From Octopus bimaculoides (taxonomy: Eukaryota), in the NCBI RefSeq assembly GCF_001194135.2, contig NC_068989.1:31204996-31238334 (forward strand): a stretch of 33,339 nt of DNA, given 5' to 3'. The translations under genes and the position numbers were made by a program. Below, one piece after another: positions 31,906-33,339 of the stretch (positions are counted from its first letter, which is position 1; the number at the start of each line of letters is the position of its first letter). The notes under the pieces were generated by a model. It was not told the DNA's origin. It saw only the letters and a list, made by a program, of their open reading frames with translations, and searched no databases.

Positions 31906-32125
31906 CATAGCCATCTGAATTAATCCTAAGACCTTTTTCAAAGATCTGGGGTAGCATGATTCACCCTCACTGCAGACACACCCAAAGACCACAGTTTGGT
32001 TTTCATGATACTTGGGCCATCACATGGATTGTAGGCAAGCTACCTGTTCTCCTGGGTGTTGTGCAACTCGTTCTGGCAGAAGTTCTTTTCATCTGAGAAG
32101 AACCAGATTATACCCACCTCAAACG
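31906..32125 (-). pseudogene. Tc1/mariner-superfamily transposase, piece with the first catalytic Asp
   Basis: IWFFSDEKNFCQNELHNTQENR*LAYNP...GCVCSEG...MLPQIFEKGLRINSDGY. Rejoining at TSD CTATG gives GAT GGC TAT GTG AAA CTG CTG = DGYVKLL. Confidence 0.85.
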
Positions 32126-32129
32126 GACA

Positions 32130-32690
32130 CCTCTGCTTGTTTTAGGTATGAATGGTTCTGTTAAGTTGAGTTTGTTGATTAATTTGTTTACATTGTCATT
32201 TATAATACTTAAGATATTAGAGTTGGGTTTTTTTTTATAGTTCTTGGTAAGTTCCCTGGAGATAAAATTATTGCATATATACAAATTTGGTTATGCTGTA
32301 CAAATTTCCAGTTTTGTCTGATTGTACATGTATATATTTAGAATTACTGATGTCTGTGATTTTGGATTTGTATTGTTCGAATTTGTGTAGTTTTAAAATT
32401 TGATGCCCTAGATCATAAGTAGTATTTCTTTTCAAATATATTTAAGTACAGGTTGTGTGGTGAGTTTTTATAAGATTTAAATCCAAACCTGTCCTGCTTG
32501 TGTCTGTCTTTGGTCTAGTCAAAGTGAAAGGCTTTCCACCTCCTTACAAGGTCATTAGTTCTGTGTAGTAAAAGCTCCAGATGTAGTAGTTTACTAGGTG
32601 TGGGGATATTTTTCAGTGATGTTCCTAGGTATTGTTTGTCTATGTTTCAATGTTAGGTCAATAGAACTCCATTGTTAGGGAGCAAGTATA
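32130..32690 (-). mobile_element. Penelope-like element ORF, N-terminal fragment
   Basis: SLKNIPTPSK...RRWKAFHF...FGFKSYKNSP...FEK and QSDKTGNLY match the recalled PLE N-terminal pattern SLKNIP.PS...RWKA.F...GFKS...FE...ADKT.N.Y. Confidence 0.75.
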
Positions 32691-33099
32691 CAGTTAATTG
32701 TACGATTCCCATTGTATGAGTTAGAGCTCTATGTAGATTATCGTTATCCAATCTGTTTACATTATAGAGGTTAGTCGACCAGTGTACTTAGTAATGTTAC
32801 CAGTCATGATATACAGAGTAAGCATGTTGGAAATTAAGATAAACATCAATATAAATGTTTAGTTTTTAGGAAAGTGGGTTATACATCATTAGATGTACAC
32901 CTGACTTTCCTATATTAAATTAGAAGTGAACGGAACGCAGAACTCCAAACTGATCAACAACAACAATATTTATTTTAAAGAGGTAAAATGGACAGCCTCC
33001 TGTGAGAAAGTCTGGTTGCTGAGACATCTGAATGTAGATGTACTGTCCCTAGAGATGAATCGTTGGAGAGACAACTTGCTTCAACCTCACTCAACGAGA

Positions 33100-33339
33100 G
33101 CTTGTTTTAGACGTCTTGCTTGTTCGCTGTCTGGCGTGGAAAAGAGACAGAATTAAGCGGGAACACTTGGACGTTGAAATCCACGCATGCGTGGTTAAAG
33201 ATGCAGTAATGGCGACTATGCTTTTGGCGCTATATGACGTCACTACAATGGCTCCCCCTTGAGTGTGGAACACGAAATTAAAAAATTTTGGAGGGACGTC
33301 TGAGGCGAGATGGCCATCGAAACCACGCAGAAACTGCGG
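33100..33339. promoter_or_regulatory. CpG-rich segment with several palindromes; host promoter edge or Penelope pseudo-LTR
   Basis: CCACGCATGCGTGG (33181-33194), AATGGCG (~33208-33214), TGACGTCA (33235-33242), GATGGCCATC (33309-33318). Function not determinable from this window. Confidence 0.35.

Noticed and set aside
33138-33150. TOP-like CTCTTTTCC as a distant RPL37A start
   Set aside because: No ATG|GT follows it, and a complete exon 1 exists at 3632-3664.

Overview
AT-rich metazoan scaffold with N gaps, almost entirely made of decayed transposable elements. The SINE/LINE repertoire suggests a cephalopod such as Octopus; this is an inference from recalled repeat families, not a search. 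The only host gene I can support is the 5' part of RPL37A on the minus strand: a TOP-type exon 1 ending in ATG (~3664-3632) and a 129-nt exon 2 (3080-2952). Its remaining exons are not visible. The main structure is a nested stack, each level bounded by a readable target-site duplication (TSD). A Tc1/mariner transposase (minus) is split by a 13.7-kb Gypsy LTR element (18162-31905, TSD CATAG). That element holds an ORF1-only L1/Tx1-like retroposon in its 5' LTR (22/23-bp TSD), a second Gypsy element in gag (20662-24882, TSD GTAAC), an R4/Dong-type LINE (TSD not resolved), and a tRNA-derived SINE (12-bp TSD) that itself contains an RTE fragment. To the left, a Chapaev3-like DNA transposon (9432-11945) splits a piggyBac transposase remnant. 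RTE and CR1-like LINEs, Penelope-like fragments, SINEs and an unclassified DDE transposase fill the rest. Second-look signals: short locally templated insertions, a triplicated LTR-end/primer-binding-site junction, near-exhaustive CpG decay in the outer LTR pair, a mosaic inner LTR pair, and a hammerhead-like motif in a CpG-rich, palindrome-rich stretch at the right edge. I see no intact novel protein system; what is unusual is element architecture and mutational signatures.
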